From: the human T2T-CHM13v2.0 reference genome, Homo sapiens
Length of the DNA: 64,000 bases
Assembly (NCBI RefSeq): GCF_009914755.1
Contig: NC_060927.1
Direction: 5' to 3' (one strand)
In this document: positions 31,145 through 44,534 of the stretch, one piece after another
How positions within the stretch are numbered: the stretch's first letter is position 1
Layout: the number at the start of each line of letters is the position of its first letter
Position numbers and translations under genes: made by a program
Notes under the pieces: model-generated
Databases searched by the model: none
Seen by the model: only the letters and a program-made list of their open reading frames with translations
Told to the model about the DNA's origin: nothing

Positions 31145-32438
31145 TGCACAAATACATATACAAACACAAACACAGGAAAATATAGCACTTATAATAAAAA
31201 GTTGGATGTTAAAAAAGATAGTCAACAAAATGTTAGCATTTTGTTATTTCTGGAAAGCATATGCTTCGATCTGACATCTTGGACTTCTATTCCCAAAGCT
31301 ATGGCTTTACAGCGCCGCCATTTTTACCCAGGGGGCAGCGTGACCCCTAATTCAGAGACCGTGGAGCTTTACGAAGTCTGAGGAAATGACTGAGAAAAGG
31401 CAAGAGCTCTAAATAGAGTTGTTCTAACTACTGAGGACTTGGGACATTGACGTAAAATCCTTGCATTTCTTTATTTATCTGAAAAATGTAGATAATAATA
31501 CTAACTTACACCACTAGGTGGTTAGAAAATTAATGCATGTTACTAAACATTTAGTACATTTGAGATCCACATATAAGCATTGTTGTTGAGTGCAGAGAAT
31601 TGTTACTTCTTTGTAACCTGCTTAAATCAATGCATGATATTTACATCAGCTACTCACTAATTCTGAAACCAAACATTATCAGGTATACTTTAATTAGCTC
31701 TTTTATGGAAATGTTTGTGCTGAGTTCAAATCTACATGAACTATTAGCGAATTTTTCATTGTGAGGATACCTTAAAGCAAAAAATATGGATTTTCCACCA
31801 ATATGTTCTTTTTCCTTTATGTCATTTAAGTATCTTAAGTAGCTGTGCAGCTTGACTACTTCACTTGTACAATATGAAGATGAGCAAACTGAGGGACAAA
31901 TAAATATCCGAGTAAAATCAGAGGAATATCCTCTAAATCACTTCTCTGATTCTGGACAAAAACAGGCTCTTATCTTTGTAATTGTCTTTAGAAATCATTT
32001 AGCTCTGCCCTCATTTCACAAATGAGGAATCTGAATCCAGAGTGGTTAAGTAACTTGCCCCAAGGGCACGGAGCTCCTGTCTCCTAACTCCCAGTCCAGT
32101 GCTCTTTTCTTCCAACATACTCAAAGTTCTCAAGTAGCCATAGTGGATATATTGTCTTAGATTTTGGTAGATATGTTAGACAGAGACCGTATTTGGATTC
32201 ATGCTGATAGCTGAGGTGGCACATGGAAGGAATCTGACTTTTTCATCTTTCAAATCTTGCTGGGAATCTTTTGACTTCGTGAAAGGTGAAGTTTGTTTAC
32301 ATTTTTAGTGGATATCAATACTTGGGACCCTGAGCCTTAGATTTAGGTGTTCAAATGGCTACATGATCCCATTAGTGTAAAAAACAATTTAATAATGACT
32401 TTGGTAGGCAGTTGTGCTAACAGCATTTCCTCTAGATC

Positions 32439-32613
32439 ATTGATTCCCAAGCGTGACTCATCCAGAACCGCCTAGCAGGCTGTATAAAATCCAGTTGTTG
32501 GGGCTGTAACCCTGCAGAGTCTGATTCAGGAGGTCTGGGGCCACGTCCAGAAATCTGTTTTTAAAAAGCACCCTGGATGATTTTCAGGATCATCCAAGTT
32601 TTTGGGCCACAGG
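32439..32613. mobile_element. MER5A-like hAT element containing an AP-1 site (TGACTCA 32454-32460)
   Basis: cagagtctgattcaggaggtctgggg...gaaatctgttttt...ggatgattttc resembles MER5A. Confidence 0.6.
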
Positions 32614-33691
32614 AATTATGCATACCTTTAAGGAAGTAACCATCTGCTTTCTACTGTTGACTCTTAAGCTGTCAGTAGGTGTAGAATTTAGACACATTGT
32701 ACAAAAAATTATACTGTATTTTGTAAGTAGGTTTTTTTTTTTTTTGCCTTCTAGGCAGTGCTCATTTGGTTAATTATAGGTAGAAAGAGAGATCATTCTT
32801 CCCAATATATGTGTGAAGAAATGAATGTTTTGTCTGATATAAATTTGTAGTGTTACAGAGTACTGTCATATTCTTGCATACTCAAGATCAAATTATATTA
32901 TGGGAGTTTTTTGGTTTTTGTGTATAAAAGAAGGAAGCATTATTACCAGTAACCTATGGGTCTTATATATCAGCCAATGACCACGTCATCCTTTAAGTGC
33001 ATAAATTTTATGGATGCAAAAGTAGAAGTAAAGGGGAGGCAAATCCAAAGTCGTGAACGTATTTGCAAACTTTGTTTCTGAAATGTATGTTCTAATCTCT
33101 TCTGGCTTCCAATTCTCTTCTAAACTTTGTGTCTTCTAAATTTTAGAAGAAATCACAATTTTCACTTATAGTTATCTTGGCCACTTACAACCTTTCAAGC
33201 AAAATAGAGGAAATTGGGTCCCTGAGTGGGGGGTGGGGGTGTAGGATGATGTCAAGAAATAAATCTAACTGAATTACAAATACTCAGCAGTAAAGAGAGT
33301 ATTTTAATGAATCAGATGATAACCATCAGGGTGCATTTCATCTCCACTAAATCTTCGTACCAAGGCCAGATTCTACATGAATGTTGGTACGTATTTATGT
33401 AAATGTATTTTTAAAACAAAAGCCAATTGATATCTTATGCTTTAATACTTATTCCACTAATCATTTACATAGATGCATCACGTGCAGTAATCATTTTTAT
33501 TACCTATTCACAAGCAAAAATATTAGTATAAACTGGGTACAATAAAATAGAGAAAAGAAATATTCAAATAGATAAGCGTTTTGTTAAAAAAAAAAAAAAG
33601 AAGAAAGAAAGGACACATTTATCAGGATTCCTATTTCCCGTACATAATATGGATGTTTGTTTGTTTTTGTAAGTTAACGGGACCGGTGGTT

Positions 33692-33714
33692 TAACTTGTT
33701 ATTGAAACATGCTC
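33692..33714 (+). promoter_or_regulatory. Candidate p53/p63 response element upstream of P2
   Basis: TAACTTGTTA (2 mismatches) + 3 bp + AAACATGCTC (perfect RRRCWWGYYY), about 600 bp upstream of the TSS. Confidence 0.5.
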
Positions 33715-34139
33715 GAAAAAATCAGGTAGCTTATTTTGTAATTGCTTGTTATGAAACCACTGGCATTTCTCTGGGGAAAATAAGTTAAAAACTCTTTAGC
33801 TATCAGGCAGTGGGTTTTAATTTTTTATATTGGTTAAATGTAACAGTGGATTTGCGTACTCTCTCCTAATTTCTAACTTTGTGTAATCATTCTTGAAACC
33901 CCAAATCTAGATTTTAAAAAAGAAGCCTTCTAAAAGTTTTCCTGAAGTTTACTTTTCAGTTACAAAGAGTAAAATAACTTTCTGAAATGCCTTCTGTAAA
34001 TCGTGGTGGTGGTGCGGTTTGTTTGGGGAGATTTGTTTTGTTTTTAAAAGACAGTGCACTTTCTTATGAAAGAGACAGGGAAAGTTTTACCTGTCTGTCT
34101 CCTGGGTTTGTTTTTTTTTTCTTTCTTTCTTTTTCTTTT

Positions 34140-34306
34140 AAAGATTGGTGATAAGGAATTCTAACTACTTAATGAGATGGGAGAGGCCTCACTCCATTGG
34201 AGTGGAGGAGTCCAGGTGGAAGTTGATGGATTGGACAGGTAAAGAGAAGAGTCCCGCCTCCTCATGCCTATAGTTGGGTATATATTAGGAAACCTTAAAT
34301 TATGTA
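34140..34306 (+). promoter_or_regulatory. TP63: TP63 P2 (DeltaNp63) core promoter
   Basis: ATTGG (reverse CCAAT) at 34144, 34196 and 34230; GC-box-like CCCGCCTCC from 34253; TATATAT 34279-34285 about 28 bp before the GA-rich exon start; fits the established NF-Y/Sp1/TATA architecture. Confidence 0.9.
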
Positions 34307-34448
34307 CAGAGAGAGAAAGAGAGAGAGGGACTTGAGTTCTGTTATCTTCTTAAGTAGATTCATATTGTAAGGGTCTCGGGGTGGGGGGGTTGGCAAAATC
34401 CTGGAGCCAGAAGAAAGGACAGCAGCATTGATCAATCTTACAGCTAAC
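34307..34448 (+). other. TP63: 5' UTR of DeltaNp63 first exon (exon 3'); TSS approximate
   Basis: ATG-free stretch between the TATA region and the start codon, beginning cagagagagaaagagagagaggg as recalled for DeltaNp63 mRNA. Confidence 0.8.
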
Positions 34449-34490
34449 ATGTTGTACCTGGAAAACAATGCCCAGACTCAATTTAGTGAG
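34449..34490 (+). CDS. TP63: DeltaNp63-specific N-terminus, exon 3' (MLYLENNAQTQFSE)
   Basis: ATGTTGTACCTGGAAAACAATGCCCAGACTCAATTTAGTGAG = 14 codons, then donor GAG|GTAAGG, phase 0; too short for the ORF track. Confidence 0.98.
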
Positions 34491-37400
34491 GTAAGGATTT
34501 TAGATTTTAGCACTCCATTTAGAGATGCTTTTTAATTTTTATTTTTGTAAAAAAACTTACGTATTTGCGGTTCTCGGTCACCCAATGTAATGTTTTGCAA
34601 ATTGTATATAGGAATCTCCTTTTCTTGGTTAATGTTTTCTGTGGTGGCTGTAAGATTTTTTTTTTTTTATTAAGTAGGAGATGAAACAGTAGGAGAAGAT
34701 GAAAAAGAAAATCTGGGTGACATTATGTATTTGAAAAAATAATATTCAGGAGTTTATAAAATCACTTTTTAGAAAAACAGACTCAGAGAGCAGATCACAC
34801 TCTGCTAGATACATTGCAATGAATCCTCTGATGGGTATTCATGTACCAGTAAGAAAAATCAGTTGACTGTGTCTTAACTTCTTAGCATAGTTCTATTTCC
34901 AGACTTCATCCTAAAAGCAAATGAAGCTTTTTTCAAAATAATCAGGTGAGATTTTTTAAAGCCATCTTCGTTTTTAAGTCTGTCAATCCAGAGACCCACC
35001 TAAATCCAGAAGGGGCTGTGATAACGTTTCTGTCGTCTGGAGGGTGACTTGTACTTTCACGTGTGATGACAAATAAAGTTATTTTGGAGGGATGCATTGT
35101 TAAATATTTATACATGCATACATGTAAATGTGTATTATAGCATACAGGATTTTATTTAAGGAACTGATTATTTGCATTTCTGATCTCTTCTCAGCAAGTT
35201 TGTCTCAGGTATTTAAACCTGTGCAAAGGGATAAAAAAAAAAAATCCTGAAGAGACTGTAAGGCTTTGAGGAAGTTTCCTAAGGTTGAGGGAGGTCTAAC
35301 AACAATATTAGTTTACATTCCTCAGAATGGAGCAGCTGTGTTGACACTAATCAGATTGGGTTGTGGTGGGGAGTGTTGTGGAGAGAGAGAGTTCGGTGTT
35401 TCAGATAAAAATGCTTGCAGGTGAGCGCTTGGAAAAGTGGACTAGAGTACTCAAATTGAGCTCCTTAAAAATCAAAACAAAATGCATAGTATTCCGGTGC
35501 AGACCGCAAGAGGAAGAGTAGAGCAGAGGGCTGCGAAGCAGGGCCTGTGCTATCGTATTGACCACGCTATTGTCTAGACTCCTGAACTGTGTAAATACAA
35601 CAGGGGAAATATCGAGTTATCTAAAGAAGGAAAAGGAAGTGCCTATTTTTCTTTAAAACATTCAAGCAGGCTTGCTTGTCCTCAGTAGAGAAACTTGAGT
35701 TTCTTGTTTTGCAGTTATATTGAAAGTTAGCTTAAAATGTTACCAATTTGTTTTTAAATAGGATTAGCTTTTAAGATCTTCTTGATTCTATTGGATCCAA
35801 TTTTGTCCAGTTTTAATCATTCAGAAAATGATCTGTCCATCATGTCATACCTGAGTTTGTTTGTCTTTATTCATGAACTATTTCACACACAGTATTTATA
35901 AGCCGCCTAGGATCTTGTAAGTCAAATGGGAGAAGCAAAAGTCTGTTCATTGATATCTCTAAGTGAAGCACAAGGTTGATGTAAAGTGGCAAGAAATGAT
36001 TAATTTTAGGTTAAATATAATGTCGTGAAAGAAAGCAATTGCATTAATGTTGTGATTAGAGGATATTTGTAGAAATTATTTCCTTTTATGGAGGCAAAAG
36101 AGTCATATTGTATGTGAGAATATGGCATGCTTATGAAAGAAAATAGTTTTATACACAGGTTTTAGTTTTTCACAACTCTAGGTAAATATGTAATCAAGAG
36201 CTACAAAAGGCATCCCTTGTCTGTTTTCTATTGGAATGCTGCTAAGGTCGACAAAAAATATCTGTAAAAAACATGGCTGCACTTCCCTACCTTTCTATGT
36301 CTTTTTGCATGTTGCCTGCATGACTTTCATATCCTTCCACCAGTGCATGTATTAGGTTATAATTTCATGGCTTGACTTCCATTCTATTACGTACGAACAA
36401 CTTTCTTTCTGTACAGGATTATGCTTTCATATCTAGTCCTCTGTTAAAATTCAGTGCTACATCTGAGTATATGAAATGCCTGGCACCACATGGCTCTGAG
36501 AACCATGAATTTAATATAAAAGTTATAATGTATAGGGATTTATGTTTATTAGTAACTGTCAATACAGAAAAAGCAATCTACTATTATTACACAAGAATTG
36601 TTAAACATTGGGTAGATTAAAAATGAAAAAGGCATAAAACTCCCTGTAAGAGTGAAAATTATTTAAAAACTATAATCCATTCTTTGACTTCAAATAAATT
36701 TATAGTTTAATTTGCTAGCAATTTCTTTGAGTTGATAACTCAAAAACTATATAAGAACACTGTTCCTTCTCTATTCCTTTTCCCACAACTTTTGAATTCT
36801 TCCCCAACCCTTAGCAGATTTGGATTTGGGGGAGCTGCTAATTAACAGGAAATGGTCCGGAAGGGAGGAGAACACAAGCAGGATATAACAGGCAAGGCTG
36901 AAGGCTCTACCCTTGGGTACAGCGGAGAGGCCGCAAGCAAGCTCCACTCCCCAGTGCCAGACTAGGAAAGACAGAGCCTCTGGGAATGGTCTCAGACTTG
37001 GAGATAGAGAGGGTCAAAATAAAGGAACTTCTTCACAGATCAAGTTTTAACTTCAACTTTCTGGCAAAACAAAACAAAACAAAACTGGGCTGTGTGTGTG
37101 GTGTAAGTGTGTATGTGTGTGAGTGGGGAGGATCTCAAACTCCTTCTTAGAAAGAGATATTTACTAAAATTCCTCATCCGGGGTTTTAGATGATGAAGGA
37201 AAGACACTTTGGTAAATGGGTTACAGTATTTTCGAACTAAATGGGAAATCAAGGTTCATATATGGAAACACCTCATTTTACAAATCAGGGTTAATGATTT
37301 TTCTTTCTGTAGTTGAGAGAGCTATATGTATACGATCGTGTTCCCTTTACTCAGCCACTTTCTTTTTAATACCAAGGAGAGATGGGATGATTCATAGTAG

Positions 37401-38859
37401 ATGCTCCAAAACAGTTTCCATGAAGAACAGTTGTACAAAGCCAGTTGAATGCAAGAAAAAAAGTGTGGAGACAGCAGTGTAAACTCCCTGTAGTCCAGGT
37501 CATTCTCACTTAATTGACTTCTTTGTCTGCTTGGTCTAGGGAAAAAAATCTGTCCTGTCCTAGTACTATTTCTACTGACTCAACCATTTAAAAGATATGG
37601 GTGTGAGTTTTCTATTGATAGTTAATAAATGTATTAAGCTGTCCCATGTTGTACTTCTGAGCTAGTTAGCATCATAGGAAAAAGCACAGTGGGTGAGAAG
37701 CAGAAGCTGCATTTTTAATTAGTGTCAGCCAGGTCGTATTCCTCACTCCATGCTGTTGCCATAGATTGCACTACTTGTTTTACAGTTGGTTGTCCTCGAG
37801 CCCAGAGGGAACTAGGAGAAAGACATCTTAGATCACAGATCACAGATCATACCTTCCTTCACTACTACTGGAAAAAAAAAGATTTTGAGACAATAAATCA
37901 CTTATCCTTTACCTCGATAAGGAAAACCGTGTTTGGTTTGGTTTGCTTTTTAGAAGAGCAGTGATTCTCAACAGCATGTCACACGTACAGCAGAAAGCAT
38001 CAATGGATGTCTACATTTTCTAGAGCAACCAAAAAAATATTGGTTTCTTTTTCATTATACGTACATTTTCTGAATGCAAAGTTGCTAAAACATTCCTCAA
38101 TGACTATGGACAGAATTTAGATTCTGCGTTCTGCTATAAAGGGAGTATATGTCTAATGTCATGAGATTTTAAAAAGGGATTTGGATCAAACAGTTGAGAA
38201 ATATGTTACCACAAATACACCCTAGTTTTCTTTGATGTGCATATGATTGCTCTGGGTGGAATCTGAGCTGGTAGAATAGAGGGGCACAGGTAAAAATCCT
38301 TCCTTCCTAGTATAACTTTTCTCTCCCCTTGAATATTTTTAAATTTCTAATTGTTTTATGTCAACAAATAGAATGAATACAGGTAACAAAAAGATACTTC
38401 TGTGAAAAACAACTTGATGATTTCCATAATTTATAAGTTTTACTATTTTGAAGATAAAAAATTGTTAAACCCAAGTGGGCGCTCAATTTTCTTTAGATGT
38501 ATGTTGAGGAAAATGTCAGTTGACTAATATAGCATTATTGTCCAGTGCCAATTTAGTGGAACCTACAAATGGTATCCAATAGAGTACTACATTTTGGGTC
38601 TGGAAGAGCATGGATTCAAGTGTCAAGGTGAAACATTTGATTCAAAAGTTAAGTTTTAAATCTTATTCCTAATCTTAAGGACACAATTTGTGGGCCCAAG
38701 AAAATAGTGAAATGTGGCTTATTAATGGGCCACCACTCTAAACATTTTATAATTTTTACTTATACTTTTTGATTAAGTTCTATGTTGACAATATTCATGA
38801 AAAGTAGTATTGAGAAAGAGAAACAGGTTAGAAGAAGAACTGACTGACTCTTAAAAAAA

Positions 38860-39420
38860 TGTTTACTGAGCATCAATTATATGTAAAATGGTATATAGGA
38901 TCTAAAAATAATTAAGAAATAATTCCTACACTAAGAAGTTTATAGTTCTTTGGGGGAATGAGCTAAGTATGCATGCAATTATAATACAGGAGAGATTTTA
39001 AGTGTGTGAGCAAGATAATATAAAGCATCAAAGGGAAAGAGAGTCCATGATGTAGGAAGATCAAGAAAGTCTATATGCATATGTAAGATGAAGCTGCACT
39101 TGGAAGGACAGATGGAAATTTCCAAGTTCTAGAAATATAAGAAGGAATGAGGATTTTAGGTGAAGAAATAAGCATCAGCAAAGGGAAGGGGGGTGAGGAG
39201 TGAATGCTGGTACACTCAGAAGCATCAAATAGTTCAAATGCAATTGAAATTATGAGACGATCAGGAAATAAAGTTGGAAATGCAAGATAGAGTGGCTCAG
39301 AGATGACCATAACACTGAGAGGAGAGTACATTTATCATAGTGACAATGAAAAGCCATGGAAGGATTTCGAACAGAAGAATGGTGTAATTGTGTAATTGGA
39401 GCTCTACTAGAGAGCACAGG
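38860..39420 (-). mobile_element. L2 LINE fragment
   Basis: aatgtttactgagcatc start followed by degenerate purine-rich L2-like text; approximate. Confidence 0.5.
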
Positions 39421-42400
39421 GAGAATAAATGGCTTTGCTTGAGATTGCCTAGAAGTATGAAAATGCATCTCTCTGCATTGCACATTGGCTGCCTGTTTTG
39501 CAGAAATATCTATCAGTTCTCTTGGATCTTTGGAAGGATACGCATGGATTGTTTCTAAAGTCTCATACAACCTGTGTATTTTCTGCCCAGTGCTCTTTTT
39601 AATAGCTATGGTCCCTGCCATAGACAAATTGGGAACTACTGGTCTTGGTTTGTCTTTATTTATGCCTGCTATTCTAGCATAATTACTAATAGCACACCTT
39701 TTCACTTTCAAAACTGTCCCATTTAGAAGATAAATTATATAGTCACTCTGTAAAGACCCCATTCTTTATTTCATTCTCTTCCACACACTAACACTCCACC
39801 CCAAAATGAAAAAGTAGTATAAATTTGGCTGTAAGCCAGACACAATGATTTTGAAGTACCAGCCACAAATCATTTTGATTATTTCCCCCACTAAAGGAAA
39901 CACTTCCTTCCAACCCAACAGTTACTGAAAACTTATAATAGTCACTGTTATATGCACTGTGAGGAAAGAAGAAATTAGTAATTCACAGCTTCTAGCCTCC
40001 GTGAATTCATAATCTGAGGGAGTTATGAGGGGTTCGTAAATGACTCCAGTATAAAACAGAATTGGTAAAAGATATCCCAAGTTTTGAAAGAGTGAAATCG
40101 AGTTCAAACTGTTTATGATAAAGGTAATATTTTATATGGTTTGAGAACTGAAATTCAGATGTGGCGTGAGGGGAGGAAAGACATTCTATGTAGAGGGGAT
40201 AAAATTTATAAAAATACAAGGGAGGACTGTGCCAGACAACGTGAAGGAACATAGTATATTGATTTAAAAAGAAAATGTGTTGGTTTAAACACTGATATGT
40301 ATTTACTATTTATGTCAAAATGGAACGCTTTTGTAGAAATAGCAACAAAAGTTAATTGGAATATTGATCTCACTAAGAGCGGAAACCTATATGTGTTTTA
40401 AAAGTGTGACCAGTGTTCAGAATTCGAGATTCAAAACTTCACATACTCTAGGGATGATGAGTGACATCTTGCAGGAAGGAAAAGAAAATTAGCCCGAATG
40501 ATTCCTTAGGCTGAAAAGTTGAGGATTACCTTTTCCCGTTCCTTAGACTTCTACAGAGCCAGATATGGTGTCCTATCATTTATAGGGACTTAGTAATGAC
40601 ATTTTAAAACTTATCAAAGCTAGGAACAAAATTCAAACTGACTCTCTGTGTTTATTATGAGTTAATTTTATTTATTAAATAGTCGTCTTAGAAATAGGAC
40701 CAGAAGTCTTTTCTCTGGTCACTGCTCTAAATGCAAATAGTAATCCTGAAGCTGAATATAAGACATTTATTCAGAATGAGAATCCCAGCTGGGAAATAAA
40801 TAACAGAGCAGAGGGAAATATGAATATCCCATTTAAAAGCCAACCCCACCAAATAAAAAATTTAAGATATTATCTTTGCCATAAAATTTTTAAATTTGAC
40901 TTTGGGACAAGGATACATGTGTAAGATGTAATATGTAAAGATAAATATTGGGAGAAGACATGTCTTTTCCCACATCAATATCCTCCCTTTCCACAGCCTC
41001 CTTCATCACTTCCATCTCACCCAAGAAGACCACGTGGGCAATTGAAGAGATAATAACAGGGCAGGGGAGGGTAGGCCATGGTGGGAGGAAGGAGTGAACC
41101 AGTGACTTGATTTAAAGCCAAAGGGAGTGGATAAGAGAACTGGGCTTCAAGATAAATAAGGAGACATCTAAGCTAGTACTCATTTCTTTCTCTTTTTTTT
41201 ACCAACCTAATCCTCCACTTTCAAAAAGTAGATTTTGAAAGCATCAAATGTTAACATATGATTGTCCTACAGACATTAGGGGAAACAGTGAGGTTCCACT
41301 AAATACAACCTCCTTAAAAGAAATAAGTAGTTCAATGAAGTGTCTGTAAAATCTTTTCAAAAGTCTTACTTTATACTTCCCCACAGTTGATTTCCTTAGT
41401 TGGTCTGAGAATATAGCACCTATACTATTCAAAAACTATTCTTTTCCATTTTCTGCAAAAAAAATTATAAATTTCTTATTTCTAAGTTGATTGATTGCAT
41501 GTTTGATATGGACTAACTTTATTCTGATTTTGAAGTTGTTCAAGCTTCTTTTTCAAAGACAAAGTACAAATGGATCATTGTATGGATTCGAGCTGAGATG
41601 GCTTCACCAGATAATGTTCACCTGTCAATTTAAAATTCAGTCACTGGGGTTAAGATAGAGCACATGTTGGTTCTAGGTGAGGGAATAACTGGCAAGAATA
41701 AAACATTTTTGGAATGTTAGTGAATGTGTGTGTAACGTAAATTGATATTTCATGCAAAACTTGTAATCTGAATTGCATCTTGTCTGTATTTCTTAAATGG
41801 CAAAAAGATTTCCTTATAAAAGCTGAAAGAGGGAATTTTGAGTCAAGCTGTGGTGTGTTGCCAGAGGCGGAAATTTATGAAACACTCTTGTCAGCTATGC
41901 TGGAAACACTACAAAAGAAATAGTTCTACTTTCTTATTGGTGCTAAAGCCACTAATAGGTGCAGTTTAGTATAATACCCCTATGAGAATTACCACCCCCG
42001 AAGTGAGCTTGCCTTGGAAGGAACTCTGTACAGGCATTTTCTTTTTCCTTTTAAGCTTGCGCAAAACACCCAAAGGGGCCATTTCCCACCCAGCCAGTGA
42101 TCTTTCTCAAGTTTATTCTTTCTCAGATCACAGAGACAATGGGGAATATGCCCTGTTTACTCAAATCAGTCTGGATTAGTGTCACTCTATTGATGGAGTC
42201 AGAATTAAAAGGAAAACCATTACCCTCTCAAAGGGCAACATCAGATGTTTGGGGAATGGCGTGATTACTTTTAAATAGACCGTGTGAGACTCTGTCACCA
42301 GACTGAGGTTGAGGACTCCACAAGACACACTTGAAGAGAAACAGTAACACTGGGTGAGGCAGGAAGCTCTTCATAAGCCTTAGGCCTGGGAAATTATTTC

Positions 42401-44534
42401 AACAGACAATCCCAAAATGCTTGAAAGGCTGAAAATCAGAATGGTGAGACTTCAGAGAAGAGGGCTTTTCTGCCTTCTTTCTTTGCTCCAACACCTCACC
42501 CCCATATATTTATCTCCAGGTCAAATCCTTTCCAGTCATTAAGCCCTGCTGGGGAGAAACTTAACCCTGAAAAAGCTCTCAGATTCCCCCATTCAGGATA
42601 ACACTTCCATCCTCTGAACTCTTTTACTCTGTTTCTTCCTCATTGCTCTCTGTGTACACCAGATCCTTCCTCCCTATCCTTTGACTGAAGACCCTGGGAG
42701 GGTAGAGGATGTGTTATGCTTATCTCTGTATCCCCTACAGGGCCACTCAGTAATGTTCCCTGAATGTGATGAGGACATGCATCTGTTGCTGTTGCTTGAA
42801 GGGATATCTTCACCTAGGAATATATGGTGTATTGTATATACTTAAAAGGCTGTTTGTAATTGACTTGTGCACAAAAATAAATAAAGCGAGCCGACATATT
42901 ATACAAGCCTCTTCTATCTATATGTTCTGCAGGTAAACCAAATTGTGTCATTTTCCTTCACATCTTGCAGGTCATTTGTTTTTGCTGTTTGTTTGTTTTA
43001 ATAAGCCCAATATTATTTCCATTATCTTTTAAATAGCAAGAAAGTTTTTGAAAGACAGGGCAGATGATTTGTTTGGTATCAAGTAATTAGTGTAAAGTAT
43101 GTGCTGCTTTCACATAATTGATTACTCACAAGGACAGAGAATGTGTTTGATTAAAAAAAAGTCTTAGATTTTTATCTTGCTTTGCAGGCCCTTTTTAAAA
43201 GTGTTTACCTGTGTCTGCACTGTTCCCTTGATTCAGTTTATCCCCTGCAGTTCTCTCTGTCCTCACCAGAGATGGGGGAAGTTTGATCTGGGTGAATAAG
43301 CTTGATGATTTGCAAACGCTCTCTCCTTTTAATTCTCTATAGTGTTATCACTAAAGGATGTCTGAGAAACCTCAAAGCAATTTTTCTCTTAAACGTGGTA
43401 TTCCAACTTTTGGTTTTGCTCATATCTTTTATAATAGGACAAATAGAATAAAATGAATAAGACGAGTGTCTTTTCAAAAGTAAGGCATGTCTTCTGCATA
43501 GCTCAAAACTTGAGTTTTATTTTGCAGTTAAAGTGACAGCTGAGAGGAACACTCCAATGTTATATAGGTCACCATATCTAATTGCAAAGTAATCACTAAA
43601 AACTTTAATTATCTCAAATATAACTTAAAAAGTAGCAATCAGCAAAGAATTTGACAAACAAAAGCAAATTAGAACTCATGAAACAGTGTTCCCCGCTTGA
43701 ATGCCTATAGTCTAACAAGATTGAGTAGTACACTCCTTGTTTCAAGCCTCAGTTTTCCAGTTGCAAATAAAAACTAGTGTTTCAACCTTTAAGTGTTTGT
43801 TATATTGGAGCATAAATTTATATCATTTGCAAGAAAGGATTTATAAGTCTGATAAACTATAATCTCAGTTCCTTAAACATACAATCACAAACTGTTAATT
43901 ATGGCTTTATTCTAAACTGAATTCTGGCTAACTGGGCATAAAATCATGGAAATTAGACAGGGAGGGACCAATTTTGTGGCCTATCTACCAGAAACTAAAT
44001 GTCTTTCTCTAAGCTTGTTTCTGGGTGGTTTCTTTTCAAAGCAACCTGCATTTGGCCATGTGCTCCATCAGTAGGAAGTGAATAATTATATGACCACAAA
44101 GATATAGGTTCTTATTGCTGACCTAGGTGCATTCGAAACAAAACCTAGACCATCAGGTTAAAAAACACTGCCTTGGCACAAAAGTGTGTATGTGTTTGTT
44201 TTAAGGAAGTAGAAGCTCATTAATAAACTTCCCAGCTAGGTGTGAGCTACCAAGTATTACTCATTGTATTGTGAGTGACAGGACTGGCTATTCTGCTACT
44301 AGTTCCCATAAAAGCTGAAGCTAAAAGCACAATTCCCACCTACCAAGACAAAGCTAAACAAAAAGTAAAGATCATAGAGATTATTTAGGGATGCACTATA
44401 ACATTTGTCTGACAGTAGCATATAAAGAAATGAATCAAATTTGGACACAGACTCAGGATAAAATAAATGATCAGTTGTATTAGAATAAAAGAGATACTTT
44501 CTGCAAGTAATTTTCATGTTGAAGTGTTTTGCAT

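Noticed and set aside
36305-36325. Two CATG cores as a p63 site
   Set aside because: 11-bp spacing and poor purine/pyrimidine flanks
39250-39762. Longest ORF in the track (170 aa, minus strand)
   Set aside because: No recognisable domain, overlaps an L2 fossil, no supporting promoter or splice structure
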